From a bacterium UBP4_UBA6127 (lineage in GTDB: Bacteria > UBP4 > UBA4092), in the NCBI GenBank assembly GCA_002428325.1, contig DIVR01000052.1, positions 11,112 through 75,111 of the forward strand: DNA of 64,000 bases, read 5' to 3'. Positions 39,028 to 48,843 of the stretch are shown one piece after another; position 1 is the stretch's first letter; each line of letters opens with the position of its first letter. The notes below the pieces were generated by a model, which had not been told where the DNA came from, searched no databases, and was given only the letters and a program-made list of their open reading frames with translations. Both the position numbers and the translations under genes were made by a program.

Positions 39028-39642
39028 TTAATCAAGAGTTTTCCAAAGGCCTCGCTGGTTTTCCCGAGCCTCTTTCTGAAGGGAAAGGAACTGGTCCTGA
39101 TATCTGACATTGGGAGGAATACTCATAATCTGGGCATAGCCTTCCTTCACCAGCAGAGCATTCAGCATTTGTCCATCAGGAAGATAGACATAAGCCAGAA
39201 GTCTCCCATATCTATCACGAATTTGAACATCGGTTTCCAATTGAATCTGTGTCCCTTTCAGCAAAAGGGATTTCGTAAAATTAGACGATTTTTTACCGAG
39301 AGCGATTAAGGTATCCAGACTGGCGCCCGTTTTCAGGGAATCTCTCTCAACTTTCTCGTTTCTCCTGGATTCAGGGGTATCTACTCCCAATAATCTGACC
39401 CTTTCCTCCAGTCCATTGTCTAAACTGCAGGCAAAAGTGTCCCCGTCAATGACTCGAATCACCGTCGCTGTCAGGGTTGAATATTCAGAAGGGGATTGTG
39501 TTGTGAACGGTTGAGGTATGCTTTTGGGAGAAGGGGCCTTTTTACCTGGGAATCCTGATTGCAATAGAGTTGCTAAGCCCAATATCAGTAAAACAATGGC
39601 GGTTGAGAGGATATGAATGGGACGCCTGGAAGACCGTTTCAT
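39028..39642 (-). CDS. Thermonuclease (SNase) family, N-terminally anchored
   Basis: VIDGDT, VRLLGVDTPE, DRYGRLLAYV, NALLVKEGYA, ARENQRGLW. Hydrophobic N-terminus. Confidence 0.93.
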   Translation of the reverse strand: MKRSSRRPIHILSTAIVLLILGLATLLQSGFPGKKAPSPKSIPQPFTTQSPSEYSTLTATVIRVIDGDTFACSLDNGLEERVRLLGVDTPESRRNEKVERDSLKTGASLDTLIALGKKSSNFTKSLLLKGTQIQLETDVQIRDRYGRLLAYVYLPDGQMLNALLVKEGYAQIMSIPPNVRYQDQFLSLQKEARENQRGLWKTLD

Positions 39643-39680
39643 GCAGATTTTATCTTCCTTATTGATGGATAGGATAATAA

Positions 39681-39769
39681 TGGTGCCGAAGGAGGGAGTC
39701 GAACCCTCACGAGGGGTAACCCTCGGCAGATTTTGAGTCTGCTACGTCTGCCAGTTCCGTCACTTCGGC
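39681..39769 (-). tRNA. tRNA-Leu(CAA)
   Basis: GCCGAAG acceptor stem, anticodon arm GCAGA-CTCAAAA-TCTGC, long variable arm, TTCGACT, encoded CCA, 89 nt. Confidence 0.97.
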
Positions 39770-39804
39770 ATTAAGATAGTTTAATTAAATGTTTTGTATT
39801 TAAA

Positions 39805-39834
39805 AAAATATCACTCTCCAGCTAACTCCGTCAA
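39805..39834 (-). promoter_or_regulatory. Sigma70-type promoter for tRNA-Leu
   Basis: TTGACG, 18-nt spacer, extended -10 TGA-TATTTT. Confidence 0.5.
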
Positions 39835-39868
39835 GCGGTTTCATGATAAAATTTTTATTTTACATAGT

Positions 39869-39898
39869 TTGACACTCCATTTTCTCTGATGGTAAGTT
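39869..39898 (+). promoter_or_regulatory. Sigma70-type promoter for the hisF-trp operon
   Basis: TTGACA (39869-39874), 18-nt spacer, extended -10 TGG-TAAGTT. Confidence 0.55.
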
Positions 39899-39926
39899 TT
39901 AAAATTAGGAAGCGAGTCGAGGTCTG

Positions 39927-40688
39927 ATGTTAGCAAAACGTATTATCCCTTGTTTAGATGTAAAAAATGGCCGAGTCGTCAAAGGCGTTAATTTTGTTAA
40001 TTTGAAGGATGCCGGCGATCCGGTGGAGATAGCGGCGGCTTATGATGAACAAGGTGCTGACGAACTGGTATTCCTTGATATCACAGCTTCCAACGAAAAA
40101 CGGAATATTATCATTGATGTAGTCTTCCGGACCGCTGAGAAGGCTTTTATGCCCCTGACTGTCGGCGGCGGCATCAGGACCCTTGATGATATCAGAAACC
40201 TGCTGAATGCAGGCGCGGATAAAGTATCCATTAATACTGAAGCGGTTAATAACCCGGAATTCGTCAAACAGGCTGCAGATAAGTTTGGGGCCCAATGCAT
40301 AGTCGTTGCAGTCGATGCCAAAATGGTATCCCCGGACCGATGGGAAGTCTTTACCCATGGAGGCCGTAATCCGACCGGATTGGAAGCTATCCAATGGGCT
40401 AAACGGATGGCTGACTATGGAGCTGGGGAAATACTCCTGACCAGCATGGACAGGGATGGCACCAAAGATGGCTATGATATCCCCCTGACCCGAAAGATTT
40501 CCGAAGCGGTTCCTATCCCGGTGATTGCCTCCGGGGGAGCTGGTAAACTGGAACACCTTCTGGATGCTTTGACAGTTGGCAAAGCAGATGCGGCTTTATG
40601 CGCTTCGATTTTTCATTATCGTGAATATACCATCCATCAGGCCAAGGAATATTTAAAATCCCAGGGCGTTCCTATTCGGATGGCTTAA
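39927..40688 (+). CDS. hisF: Imidazole glycerol phosphate synthase cyclase subunit
   Basis: [56 protein letters not shown]. Confidence 0.99.
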   Translation: MLAKRIIPCLDVKNGRVVKGVNFVNLKDAGDPVEIAAAYDEQGADELVFLDITASNEKRNIIIDVVFRTAEKAFMPLTVGGGIRTLDDIRNLLNAGADKVSINTEAVNNPEFVKQAADKFGAQCIVVAVDAKMVSPDRWEVFTHGGRNPTGLEAIQWAKRMADYGAGEILLTSMDRDGTKDGYDIPLTRKISEAVPIPVIASGGAGKLEHLLDALTVGKADAALCASIFHYREYTIHQAKEYLKSQGVPIRMA

Positions 40689-40744
40689 CCTCTTATAATT
40701 ATATTAATAATAGTTATTTCTTACTTGATTAAAGGACATTAAAA

Positions 40745-41131
40745 ATGGAAGAGATAATCAAAAACGTCAAATTTGATAAAAACGGCCTTGTTTGCGCTGT
40801 AATCCAGGATGACCGGAGCCAGGAAGTATTAATGGTCGCCTATATGAACAAGGAGTCCCTTATCGAGACGCTGGAAACCGGAAAATGCTGCTATTGGTCC
40901 CGTTCTCGACAAAAGTTGTGGCGAAAGGGTGAGACCTCCGGACATGTTCAAGCCGTTAGAAGTGTCCGGATAGACTGCGACGGTGATGCCCTCCTTTTTC
41001 GTATTGAACAGATTGGCGGAGCCTGCCACACAGGTTACCAATCTTGTTTTTACAGGCAGATTAAGGATAACAAAGAATTTGAGATCGTTGGAACGAAAGT
41101 CTTCGACGAGAAAGATGTTTATAAAACATAG
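40745..41131 (+). CDS. hisI: Phosphoribosyl-AMP cyclohydrolase (monofunctional)
   Basis: VLMVAYMN, YWSRSRQKLWRKGETSG, DCDGDALL, ACHTGYQSCFY. Confidence 0.98.
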   Translation: MEEIIKNVKFDKNGLVCAVIQDDRSQEVLMVAYMNKESLIETLETGKCCYWSRSRQKLWRKGETSGHVQAVRSVRIDCDGDALLFRIEQIGGACHTGYQSCFYRQIKDNKEFEIVGTKVFDEKDVYKT

Positions 41132-41139
41132 GAAACTTT

Positions 41140-42618
41140 ATGATTTACCCTTCAATAGATGAATTTAAACAAAAAGCTAAAGAATTTAACATCATCCCGG
41201 TTTACCGGGAAATCCTTGCAGACCTTGATACTCCGGTGTCTGCTTACCGAAAAATCAACCAATCAACCTATGGGTTTCTTCTGGAAAGTGTTGAAGGCGG
41301 GGAACAATTAGCCCGATATTCATTCCTGGGAACCAATCCTTCCATCATCTTTAAAAGCAAAGGAACACAGGTAGAAATTACCAAAGATGGTGAAACTCTT
41401 CTACAAAAAGAATCTTCCAATCCTCTGGATGAACTCAAAACTCTTTTAAGTCAGTACAATGTTTACAGAGATCCTCAGTTACCCCGGTTTTTTGGCGGTG
41501 CTGTCGGGTATATCAGTTACGATATGGTCCGGTTTATGGAAAAGCTGCCGGATAATAATCCTGATGACCTGAATCTGCCTGATATGTATTTCATGGTAAC
41601 GGATACCATCCTGATTTTCGACCATGTTCGGCATAAAATTAAAATTATCTCTAATGCCCATGTGGAAAATGGAGATGCGGAAAAGGCTTATCAAACGGCA
41701 TTAGCTAAAATTGATTTACTGGTAAAATCCTTAAATTCGCCGGCACCTCCTCTTCCTGAGACACTAAAATCCACAGTTAAACATCAATTGACCTCTAACT
41801 TTCAGAAGGAAGAATTTAAAAAAGCTGTTTCTGACTCCAAGGAATTCATCAAAGCGGGAGATATTTTTCAGGTTGTGCTTTCCCAGCGTTTTGAGACAGA
41901 TATTACGGCCAGCCCTTTTGATATTTATCGGGCATTACGGTCCATTAATCCTTCCCCCTATATGTATTACCTGCAATTTAATGATGCAATTCTGGCAGGT
42001 TCCTCCCCCGAAATTCTGGTTCGGGCTGAAGACGGAAAACTTCAATTACGGCCGATTGCCGGAACTCGCCCCCGTGGACGAAGCCCGGAAGAAGATGAGG
42101 CCTTGATTAAAGACCTTTTAGCAGACCCGAAAGAACGAGCTGAGCACCTGATGCTGGTGGATCTTGGGCGTAACGACCTTGGCCGAATCAGTGAATATGG
42201 GACGGTTAATGTTACAGATTTCATGATGATTGAGAAGTATTCTCATGTTCTCCATATTGTATCTAATGTGGAAGGAACCCTGGCAAAGGGAAAAGATGCC
42301 TTTGATGTATTAAAAGGGACTTTCCCGGCGGGAACAGTTTCCGGCGCTCCCAAAATCAGAGCCATGGAAATTATTGATGAATTGGAACCCACCCGTAGAG
42401 GACCCTATGCGGGAACTGTAGGATATTTCAGTTTCTCAGGAAACCTGGATGCCTGTATCACTTTAAGAACGATTGTCATTAAAGGGAATAAGGCTTATAT
42501 TCAGGCAGGTGGGGGAATTGTTGCTGATTCTATCCCTGAAAATGAATACCAGGAAACTGTCAATAAATCCAAAGCCATGTTGAAAGCCATTGAACTGGCT
42601 GAAGCCGGGCTTGAATAA
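41140..42618 (+). CDS. trpE: Anthranilate synthase component I
   Basis: DLDTPVSAY, FLLESVEGGE, GDIFQVV, NPSPYMYY, GSSPE, PIAGTRPRG, KERAEHLMLVDLGRND, FPAGTVSGAPK. Confidence 0.96.
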   Translation: MIYPSIDEFKQKAKEFNIIPVYREILADLDTPVSAYRKINQSTYGFLLESVEGGEQLARYSFLGTNPSIIFKSKGTQVEITKDGETLLQKESSNPLDELKTLLSQYNVYRDPQLPRFFGGAVGYISYDMVRFMEKLPDNNPDDLNLPDMYFMVTDTILIFDHVRHKIKIISNAHVENGDAEKAYQTALAKIDLLVKSLNSPAPPLPETLKSTVKHQLTSNFQKEEFKKAVSDSKEFIKAGDIFQVVLSQRFETDITASPFDIYRALRSINPSPYMYYLQFNDAILAGSSPEILVRAEDGKLQLRPIAGTRPRGRSPEEDEALIKDLLADPKERAEHLMLVDLGRNDLGRISEYGTVNVTDFMMIEKYSHVLHIVSNVEGTLAKGKDAFDVLKGTFPAGTVSGAPKIRAMEIIDELEPTRRGPYAGTVGYFSFSGNLDACITLRTIVIKGNKAYIQAGGGIVADSIPENEYQETVNKSKAMLKAIELAEAGLE

Positions 42619-42625
42619 ACAGGAT

Positions 42626-42660
42626 TTTTCGAGGGCTGTGCCACTCACCGCCCTTGAAAA
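42626..42660 (+). other. Stem-loop in the trpE-trpG intergenic gap
   Basis: TTTTCGAGGGC...GCCCTTGAAAA (one G-U pair). No U tract follows. Confidence 0.5.
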
Positions 42661-42678
42661 GAAAGATGGGATAACTTC

Positions 42679-43251
42679 ATGATACTAATTATTGATAACT
42701 ATGATTCTTTTACCTATAACCTGGTTCAATACCTTGGAGAATTTGGTGAAGAGATAAAGGTTTATCGTAATGACCAAATTACCTTGGATGAAATTAAAGA
42801 ATTAAAACCTGATAAAATAGTGATTTCTCCCGGACCTTGCACTCCCAAAGAAGCTGGGATTTCATGCCCGGTCTTGGAAAAAATCAGTCCGGAAATACCG
42901 ACTCTGGGAGTCTGTCTCGGACATCAAAGTATTGGAGCTGTCTATGGCGGGGTTGTCATCAGAAATTATCGGTTAATCCATGGCAAAACCAGCCTGATTC
43001 ATCATAATAATAAAGGGATTTTCCATGGGATAGAAAACCCCTTTGAAGCAACACGATATCATTCTCTGGTTATTGAAAGAGAAACCTTTCCTGATAAAGA
43101 ACTTGAAATAACAGCCTGGACAGATGAAAATGAAATCATGGGAGTCCAACATCGGAATTATCCCATCTATGGCGTTCAGTTCCATCCAGAATCCATATTG
43201 ACCCGAGAAGGCAAAAAAATCCTTCGTAATTTCGTTAATTTGGACAAATAG
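42679..43251 (+). CDS. trpG: Anthranilate synthase component II (glutamine amidotransferase)
   Basis: IDNYDSFTYN, ISPGPCTP, GVCLGHQ, RYHSL, QFHPESI. Confidence 0.95.
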   Translation: MILIIDNYDSFTYNLVQYLGEFGEEIKVYRNDQITLDEIKELKPDKIVISPGPCTPKEAGISCPVLEKISPEIPTLGVCLGHQSIGAVYGGVVIRNYRLIHGKTSLIHHNNKGIFHGIENPFEATRYHSLVIERETFPDKELEITAWTDENEIMGVQHRNYPIYGVQFHPESILTREGKKILRNFVNLDK

Positions 43252-43289
43252 AACCTTCCCGGTTCACTGTATTAGGAGGATAATGGGAA

Positions 43290-44312
43290 ATGATACGTGA
43301 AGCCATATCTAAGCTTTCTGACGGGAATACCCTCTCCAGGGAAGAAGCTCGCCAGGCGATGGATGAAATCATGTCTGGTGAGGCGACTGATGCCCAAATC
43401 GCAGCTTTTTTAACAGCTCTTCGTATGAAAGGTGAAACAATCGAAGAGATTACTGGGTGCGCTATGGTTATGCGGGAAAAGGTTACAACCATCAAAACAC
43501 ACCATACTATATTTGTGGATACCTGTGGAACCGGTGGTGATCGAAAAGGAACCTTTAATGTTTCTACCTGTGCTGCTTTTGTTGTCGCAGCGGCAGGAAT
43601 CCCCGTAGCCAAGCATGGAAATCGTTCTGTATCCAGTTCCTGTGGAAGTGCGGATGTACTCTCTGAGTTGGGAGTCAAAATTGACGCTCCACTTTCCATT
43701 TCTGAAAAGTGCCTTGATGAAATAGGGATTTGTTTTCTTTTTGCTCCCTTATTCCATAAAGCCATGCGATATGCAATGCCTGCCCGGCAACAAATAGGAA
43801 TCCGAACTGTATTCAATATTATTGGCCCTCTGACCAATCCTGCAATGGCTCCCTGCCAGGTCATGGGAGTATTTAATCCAAATTTGACCGATACCCTGGC
43901 TGAAGTATTAAAGAACCTTGGCACTCATCATGCCTTAGTCTGCCATGGAATAGATGGTCTTGATGAAATAACCATTACCGGAGACACTAAAATCGTTGAA
44001 CTGAAAAATGGTAAAATCCTGGATTATTATGTCGAGCCGGGTGATTTTGGTTTTGCAAAAGCCTCACTAGACAGTATCCTGGGAGGCGATTCTAAAGACA
44101 ATGCCATTATCATTAAAGATATCCTTGAAGGTAAAAAGGGTCCTCAACGTGATATTGTGCTGATGAATGCCGGAGCCGCTATTCTTGCCGGTGATGGAGC
44201 GAATACCCTTCATGAAGGGGTCATGAAAGCTATAGAGGCCCTGGATTCAGGAGCAGCATTGAATAAATTGAACCAATTAATTGAATATTCCCAGATGGGT
44301 GAGGCGCAATAA
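43290..44312 (+). CDS. trpD: Anthranilate phosphoribosyltransferase
   Basis: DTCGTGGD, FNVST, KHGNRSVSS, GSADVL, RTVFNIIGPLTNP, GLDE. Confidence 0.98.
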   Translation: MIREAISKLSDGNTLSREEARQAMDEIMSGEATDAQIAAFLTALRMKGETIEEITGCAMVMREKVTTIKTHHTIFVDTCGTGGDRKGTFNVSTCAAFVVAAAGIPVAKHGNRSVSSSCGSADVLSELGVKIDAPLSISEKCLDEIGICFLFAPLFHKAMRYAMPARQQIGIRTVFNIIGPLTNPAMAPCQVMGVFNPNLTDTLAEVLKNLGTHHALVCHGIDGLDEITITGDTKIVELKNGKILDYYVEPGDFGFAKASLDSILGGDSKDNAIIIKDILEGKKGPQRDIVLMNAGAAILAGDGANTLHEGVMKAIEALDSGAALNKLNQLIEYSQMGEAQ

Positions 44313-44318
44313 AAGCTT

Positions 44319-45104
44319 ATGATTCTGGATGATATAATCGCCCACAAAAAGATTGAGATTGAAGAGATGAAATCTCTCAGGCCTTTATCTGATATCATGG
44401 AATCTGTGGATGTGGTGAGTAAAAATATCCATAGTTTCAAGGATGCTATTACCAGAAAATCAGGTGAACCAATTCACCTGATTGCTGAAGTAAAAAAAGC
44501 ATCTCCCAGCCAGGGAGTGATTCGGCCTGATTTTGATCCCCAAGATATTGCCGAGACTTATCAAAACCATGGAGCTCATGCCATCTCGGTATTGACGGAC
44601 TCACGTTTTTTTCAGGGAAAACTGGATTATCTCAGGCAAATCCGGAAATCGGTCTCTCTACCCTTACTGAGAAAAGATTTTATTCTTGATGAGTATCAGT
44701 TATGGGAGGCAAAAGAAGCGGGTGCTGATGCCATTCTATTGATTGTTGCAGCCCTATCTCAGGAGGACCTTGCCAACTTACTAAAAAAAGCACGAGAACA
44801 GCTTTCATTGGATGTTTTAGTAGAAGTGCATTCTAAACCTGAGATGGAAATAGCCTTAGATGCCGGAGCGGATATTTTAGGAATCAACAATCGCAACCTG
44901 AAGACATTTAAAGTATCATTGGAAATAACCGAATCATTAAAACCTCTGGTTCCATCAGGTATTCCTGTCGTCGGAGAAAGTGGAATTAAAACTCGTCACG
45001 ATGTAATCAGCTTGGAGAATATGGATGTGGATGCGCTCTTGATTGGTGAAACATTTATGCGAGCTGATAATATTGGCAAGAAGATGGATGAGTTATTTCA
45101 ATAA
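44319..45104 (+). CDS. trpC: Indole-3-glycerol phosphate synthase
   Basis: IAEVKKASPSQG, ISVLTD, LLRKDF, LVEVH, GINNRNL, ESGI. Confidence 0.98.
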   Translation: MILDDIIAHKKIEIEEMKSLRPLSDIMESVDVVSKNIHSFKDAITRKSGEPIHLIAEVKKASPSQGVIRPDFDPQDIAETYQNHGAHAISVLTDSRFFQGKLDYLRQIRKSVSLPLLRKDFILDEYQLWEAKEAGADAILLIVAALSQEDLANLLKKAREQLSLDVLVEVHSKPEMEIALDAGADILGINNRNLKTFKVSLEITESLKPLVPSGIPVVGESGIKTRHDVISLENMDVDALLIGETFMRADNIGKKMDELFQ

Positions 45105-45140
45105 ATGAAATTTAATTACATTAAAGGTATCTAAAATACA

Positions 45141-45767
45141 ATGACACGTGTAAAAATATGCGGAATAACAAATCTGGAAGATGCTTTGCTGGCTACCTCA
45201 TTTGGAGCAGATTCTTTGGGATTTGTCTTTTCAAAAAGTCTAAGAAGAATTGAAGCGGACGAGGCTAGAGAAATCATCCAAAAACTTCCTCCTTTCCTTT
45301 CAATCACAGGAGTTTTTGTAAACGAGACCGATGAATTCGTAAAGCATGTTGCCCGTCGATGCAATTTAAATATTCTTCAATTTCATGGAGAAGAAGATCC
45401 TGATTATTTAAAGAATTTTAACCGTAAAATCATCAAAGCATTCAGGATTAAAGATAACGCATCTCTTGATAAATTACCTATGTATAAAGTCCATGGTTAC
45501 CTTTTAGATTCTCATGTGGAAGGTAAAATGGGAGGTACAGGAGTTACCTTTGATTGGGATTTAGCTATTCAGGCCAAACAGTATGGCCCCATTATTTTAT
45601 CAGGAGGCTTAAACCCGGAAAACATCCAGTCCGCCATTGAAACAGTAAGACCTTATGCCGTGGATGTCAGTTCAGGGCTTGAATCGGAACCGGGGAAAAA
45701 AGACCCCGATAAAATGAAATTGTTTTTTGAAATAATTAAAAGGTTGGCAAATAATGACAAACAATAA
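45141..45767 (+). CDS. trpF: Phosphoribosylanthranilate isomerase
   Basis: [53 protein letters not shown]. Confidence 0.98.
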   Translation: MTRVKICGITNLEDALLATSFGADSLGFVFSKSLRRIEADEAREIIQKLPPFLSITGVFVNETDEFVKHVARRCNLNILQFHGEEDPDYLKNFNRKIIKAFRIKDNASLDKLPMYKVHGYLLDSHVEGKMGGTGVTFDWDLAIQAKQYGPIILSGGLNPENIQSAIETVRPYAVDVSSGLESEPGKKDPDKMKLFFEIIKRLANNDKQ

Positions 45768-46956
45768 TATACCCTTACCTGATGAGATGGGTCGATTTGG
45801 AATATATGGAGGTCTTTTTGCTCCAGAAACCTTAATGCCTGCGGTCAAAGAACTTGCCTTTGAATATGAAAAAGCAAAGAATGATCCTTCTTTTCATAAG
45901 GAATTAGATTTTTATTTTAGAGAATATGTTGGCAGGCCTACCCTACTGTATTTTGCTAAAGAGTTGACCCAATTCCTGGGGGGCGCAAAGATTTATCTGA
46001 AACGTGAAGACTTGGCACACACTGGCTCCCATAAAATCAACAATACTATTGGGCAGGCTTTACTGACAAAAAGAATGAAGAAAACCAGGGTCATTGCAGA
46101 AACAGGAGCGGGGCAACATGGAGTAGCAACAGCGACGGCCAGTGCCCTGTTTAAGCTTAAATGTGAAGTCTATATGGGTGAAGAAGACACCCGTCGACAG
46201 TCCCTGAATGTCTTCCGAATGCAGTTACTGGGTTCCAAAGTAATTCCGGTTTCCTCGGGTTCAAGAACCCTAAAGGACGCTATTAATGAAGCGATGAGAG
46301 ACTGGATTGCAAATGTAAAAGATACTAACTATATCTTTGGAACCGTAGCAGGTCCTCATCCTTTCCCTATGATGGTCAGAGATTTTCAATCTATTATCGG
46401 CCAGGAGACCCGAAGGCAAATCTTGGAAAAAGAAGGAAGACTTCCTGATTATCTGATTGCATGTGTTGGCGGAGGGAGCAACTCAATGGGGCTATTCTAT
46501 CCTTTCTTTGAAGATAAAAACGTTAAATTCATCGGAGTCGAAGCAGGAGGGTTAGGTGTTGACACCGATAAGCATTCAGCTACCATTGGAAAGGGAACTA
46601 TTGGGGTCCTTCATGGCGCCAAAACATATCTTCTTCAGACCTTGGAAGGTCAAATAACGGAAACCCATTCCATCTCAGCTGGACTCGATTATCCAGGAGT
46701 AGGACCTGAGCATTGTTATTATAAAGATTCAGGAAGAGCCCAATACCTTTCAGCAACGGATGAAGAATGCCTTGAAGCTTTCCAGAAGCTTTCTGAACTG
46801 GAAGGAATCATCCCTGCCCTGGAATCTTCTCATGCAGTGGTTCAGGCAATTAAATTAGCTCCTACATTACCCAAAGATACAATCATCATAGTCAATCTCT
46901 CCGGTCGTGGAGATAAGGATGTTCAGCAAGTAGCAGAAATCCTTAATAAAAGATAA
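45754..46956 (+). CDS. trpB: Tryptophan synthase beta chain
   Basis: [64 protein letters not shown]. Confidence 0.99.
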   Translation: MTNNNIPLPDEMGRFGIYGGLFAPETLMPAVKELAFEYEKAKNDPSFHKELDFYFREYVGRPTLLYFAKELTQFLGGAKIYLKREDLAHTGSHKINNTIGQALLTKRMKKTRVIAETGAGQHGVATATASALFKLKCEVYMGEEDTRRQSLNVFRMQLLGSKVIPVSSGSRTLKDAINEAMRDWIANVKDTNYIFGTVAGPHPFPMMVRDFQSIIGQETRRQILEKEGRLPDYLIACVGGGSNSMGLFYPFFEDKNVKFIGVEAGGLGVDTDKHSATIGKGTIGVLHGAKTYLLQTLEGQITETHSISAGLDYPGVGPEHCYYKDSGRAQYLSATDEECLEAFQKLSELEGIIPALESSHAVVQAIKLAPTLPKDTIIIVNLSGRGDKDVQQVAEILNKR

Positions 46957-46968
46957 GAGAATATACCT

Positions 46969-47769
46969 ATGAAAAACATTCAAAAAGCTTTCAATAAGGC
47001 AAAAGAAGAAAACAGGTCGGCTCTGATTACCTACATTTGCGCAGGGGATCCTGACATGAATACAACAAAGAAGCTTGTCCTTGAGTTGGTGAAAAATGGT
47101 GCAGATATCATTGAATTAGGTGTTCCTTTTTCAGACCCCATAGCAGATGGCCCGACTATTCAACGAGCGGCTCAGAGAGCTTTGAAAAATAATACGAATC
47201 TAAATTCAATACTTGAATTAGTTAAAGAATTAAAGAAAATAATCTCAGTGCCTATCATTTTAATGGGTTATTACAATCCGTTTCTCAAAGCAGGTTTAAA
47301 AGAATTTTCTAAAAAGGCTGTTGCAAATGGAGTGGATGGAATCATTATTCCTGATTTACCGCCCGAAGAAGCCGAGGACTGGATTGCTGCAGCCCACTCA
47401 GCAGAACTGGATACGATATTCCTTTTAGCCCCTACCAGTAATGAGGATAGGATTTTAAAAGTCGCTAAAATATGCCGGGGATTTGTTTATTACGTATCTA
47501 TCTTGGGGGTAACAGGAGCCAGAAATGAGCTGCCAGAAGGAATATCAGGTAAAATTAGTAATATAAAAAAACATACTCAATTGCCAGTTGGCGTTGGGTT
47601 TGGTATTTCATCTCCTCAACAGGTTAAACAGATTGTTTCAACCGGAGCCGATGGAATTATCGTTGGAAGTGCTATCATCAGCATAATAGAGAAAAACTTG
47701 GAACAACCGGACTTGGTCAATAATGTTGGGAAATTTATTGCAGAATTAAGAACCGGTCTTTCTCGATAA
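46969..47769 (+). CDS. trpA: Tryptophan synthase alpha chain
   Basis: ELGVPFSDPIADGPTIQ, LMGYYNP, PDLPPEE, YYVSILGVTG, VGFGIS, GIIVGSA. Confidence 0.99.
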   Translation: MKNIQKAFNKAKEENRSALITYICAGDPDMNTTKKLVLELVKNGADIIELGVPFSDPIADGPTIQRAAQRALKNNTNLNSILELVKELKKIISVPIILMGYYNPFLKAGLKEFSKKAVANGVDGIIIPDLPPEEAEDWIAAAHSAELDTIFLLAPTSNEDRILKVAKICRGFVYYVSILGVTGARNELPEGISGKISNIKKHTQLPVGVGFGISSPQQVKQIVSTGADGIIVGSAIISIIEKNLEQPDLVNNVGKFIAELRTGLSR

Positions 47770-47802
47770 CAGAATTTAATAAGGAGCATCTACAAATCCT
47801 TT

Positions 47803-48717
47803 ATGTCATGGTTTAAGAAAAAAGAAGAATACACTGTACTCCGACCTAAACAAGTTGCCAAAAAGGTGGAGATTCCTGAAGGGTTATGGACTCGCTGTGA
47901 AGAATGCCAGACCATAATTTACAATAAAGATTTGGAAACTAATTTAAACGTTTGCAGTAAATGTGGATTCCATTTCAAGATCAATCCTGAAGACAGGATC
48001 AGGTACACTCTGGATGATGGAAGTTTTCATCCGGAAGACCAACAATTAAGGTCTATTGATCCTTTAAAATTTCCCAATTATCAAAAAAAGATTGATACCC
48101 TTCATCGTCAGAATCTTGAGAAAGAAGTTCTTTCAGGTGTAGGAAAAATCAATGGGATTCCAACATCCATCGCAATTATGGATTTTCGTTTTATTGGCGG
48201 TTCCATGGGGTCATTAGTTGGAGAAAAGGTTACCCGTGCCATTGAAAGAGGCATTGAACGGCGTATTCCGGTCATTATCTTTTCTCAAACAGGCGGCGCT
48301 AGAATGCATGAAGGAATTTTATCATTGATGCAAATGGCTAAAACTAGCTGTGCAATCAAAGAACTTCATAAACAGGGGATACCCTATATTTCGGTATTAA
48401 CAGATCCGTCAACCGCAGGGGTAATGGCTAGTTATGCTTCTTTGGGGGATGTTGTTATCGCGGAACCCAAGGCTTATATTGGATTTGCAGGCGCAAGAGT
48501 CATTGAGCAGACGATTCGGCAACCCCTTCCCCCAGGATTTCAACGGTCTGAATTTTTATTGAAACATGGAATGCTGGATAAGGTTGTTGACAGGCGAGAG
48601 ATGAAAAATACTTTGTTTACCTTATTGAAATTGTTTTCTGGCAAAACCTGTGACTTGGGCCATATTTCTGCAGCCCAAACAGATATTATGGATGTAAATG
48701 ATAATATATGTAAATGA
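47803..48717 (+). CDS. accD: Acetyl-CoA carboxylase carboxyltransferase beta subunit
   Basis: Zn finger LWTRCEEC...CSKC, DFRFIGGSMGS, GGARMHEG, GVMASYA, GFAGARVIEQT, FQRSEFLL. Confidence 0.98.
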   Translation: MSWFKKKEEYTVLRPKQVAKKVEIPEGLWTRCEECQTIIYNKDLETNLNVCSKCGFHFKINPEDRIRYTLDDGSFHPEDQQLRSIDPLKFPNYQKKIDTLHRQNLEKEVLSGVGKINGIPTSIAIMDFRFIGGSMGSLVGEKVTRAIERGIERRIPVIIFSQTGGARMHEGILSLMQMAKTSCAIKELHKQGIPYISVLTDPSTAGVMASYASLGDVVIAEPKAYIGFAGARVIEQTIRQPLPPGFQRSEFLLKHGMLDKVVDRREMKNTLFTLLKLFSGKTCDLGHISAAQTDIMDVNDNICK

Positions 48718-48723
48718 TAATAT
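48692..48723. repeat. Exact 16-bp tandem duplication spanning the accD stop
   Basis: ATGTAAATGATAATAT x2 (48692-48707, 48708-48723). Confidence 0.9.
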
Positions 48724-48776
48724 ATAGAGTATTGAACATACTTCATCAGGGGAATCTTTCCCTGGGATTTAGAAAT

Positions 48777-48808
48777 AAAGGAGCTTTTACACCTGTAAAA
48801 GCTCCTTT
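48777..48808. terminator. Bidirectional terminator between accD and the corrinoid gene
   Basis: AAAGGAGCTTTTACA-CC-TGTAAAAGCTCCTTT with flanking A/T tracts, between convergent genes. Confidence 0.85.
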
Positions 48809-48843
48809 TTAATTTATCAGTTTTCAATGCTGATAAATCAGAT

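Noticed and set aside
43235-43924. 229-aa antisense ORF over trpD (also 39954..40556 over hisF, 34972..35397 over the GT2, 53077..53469 over the TPR gene, and the other short overlapping ORFs in the track)
   Set aside because: They lie opposite or out of frame to well-supported genes and show no recognisable motifs. This is the expected shadow of codon bias.
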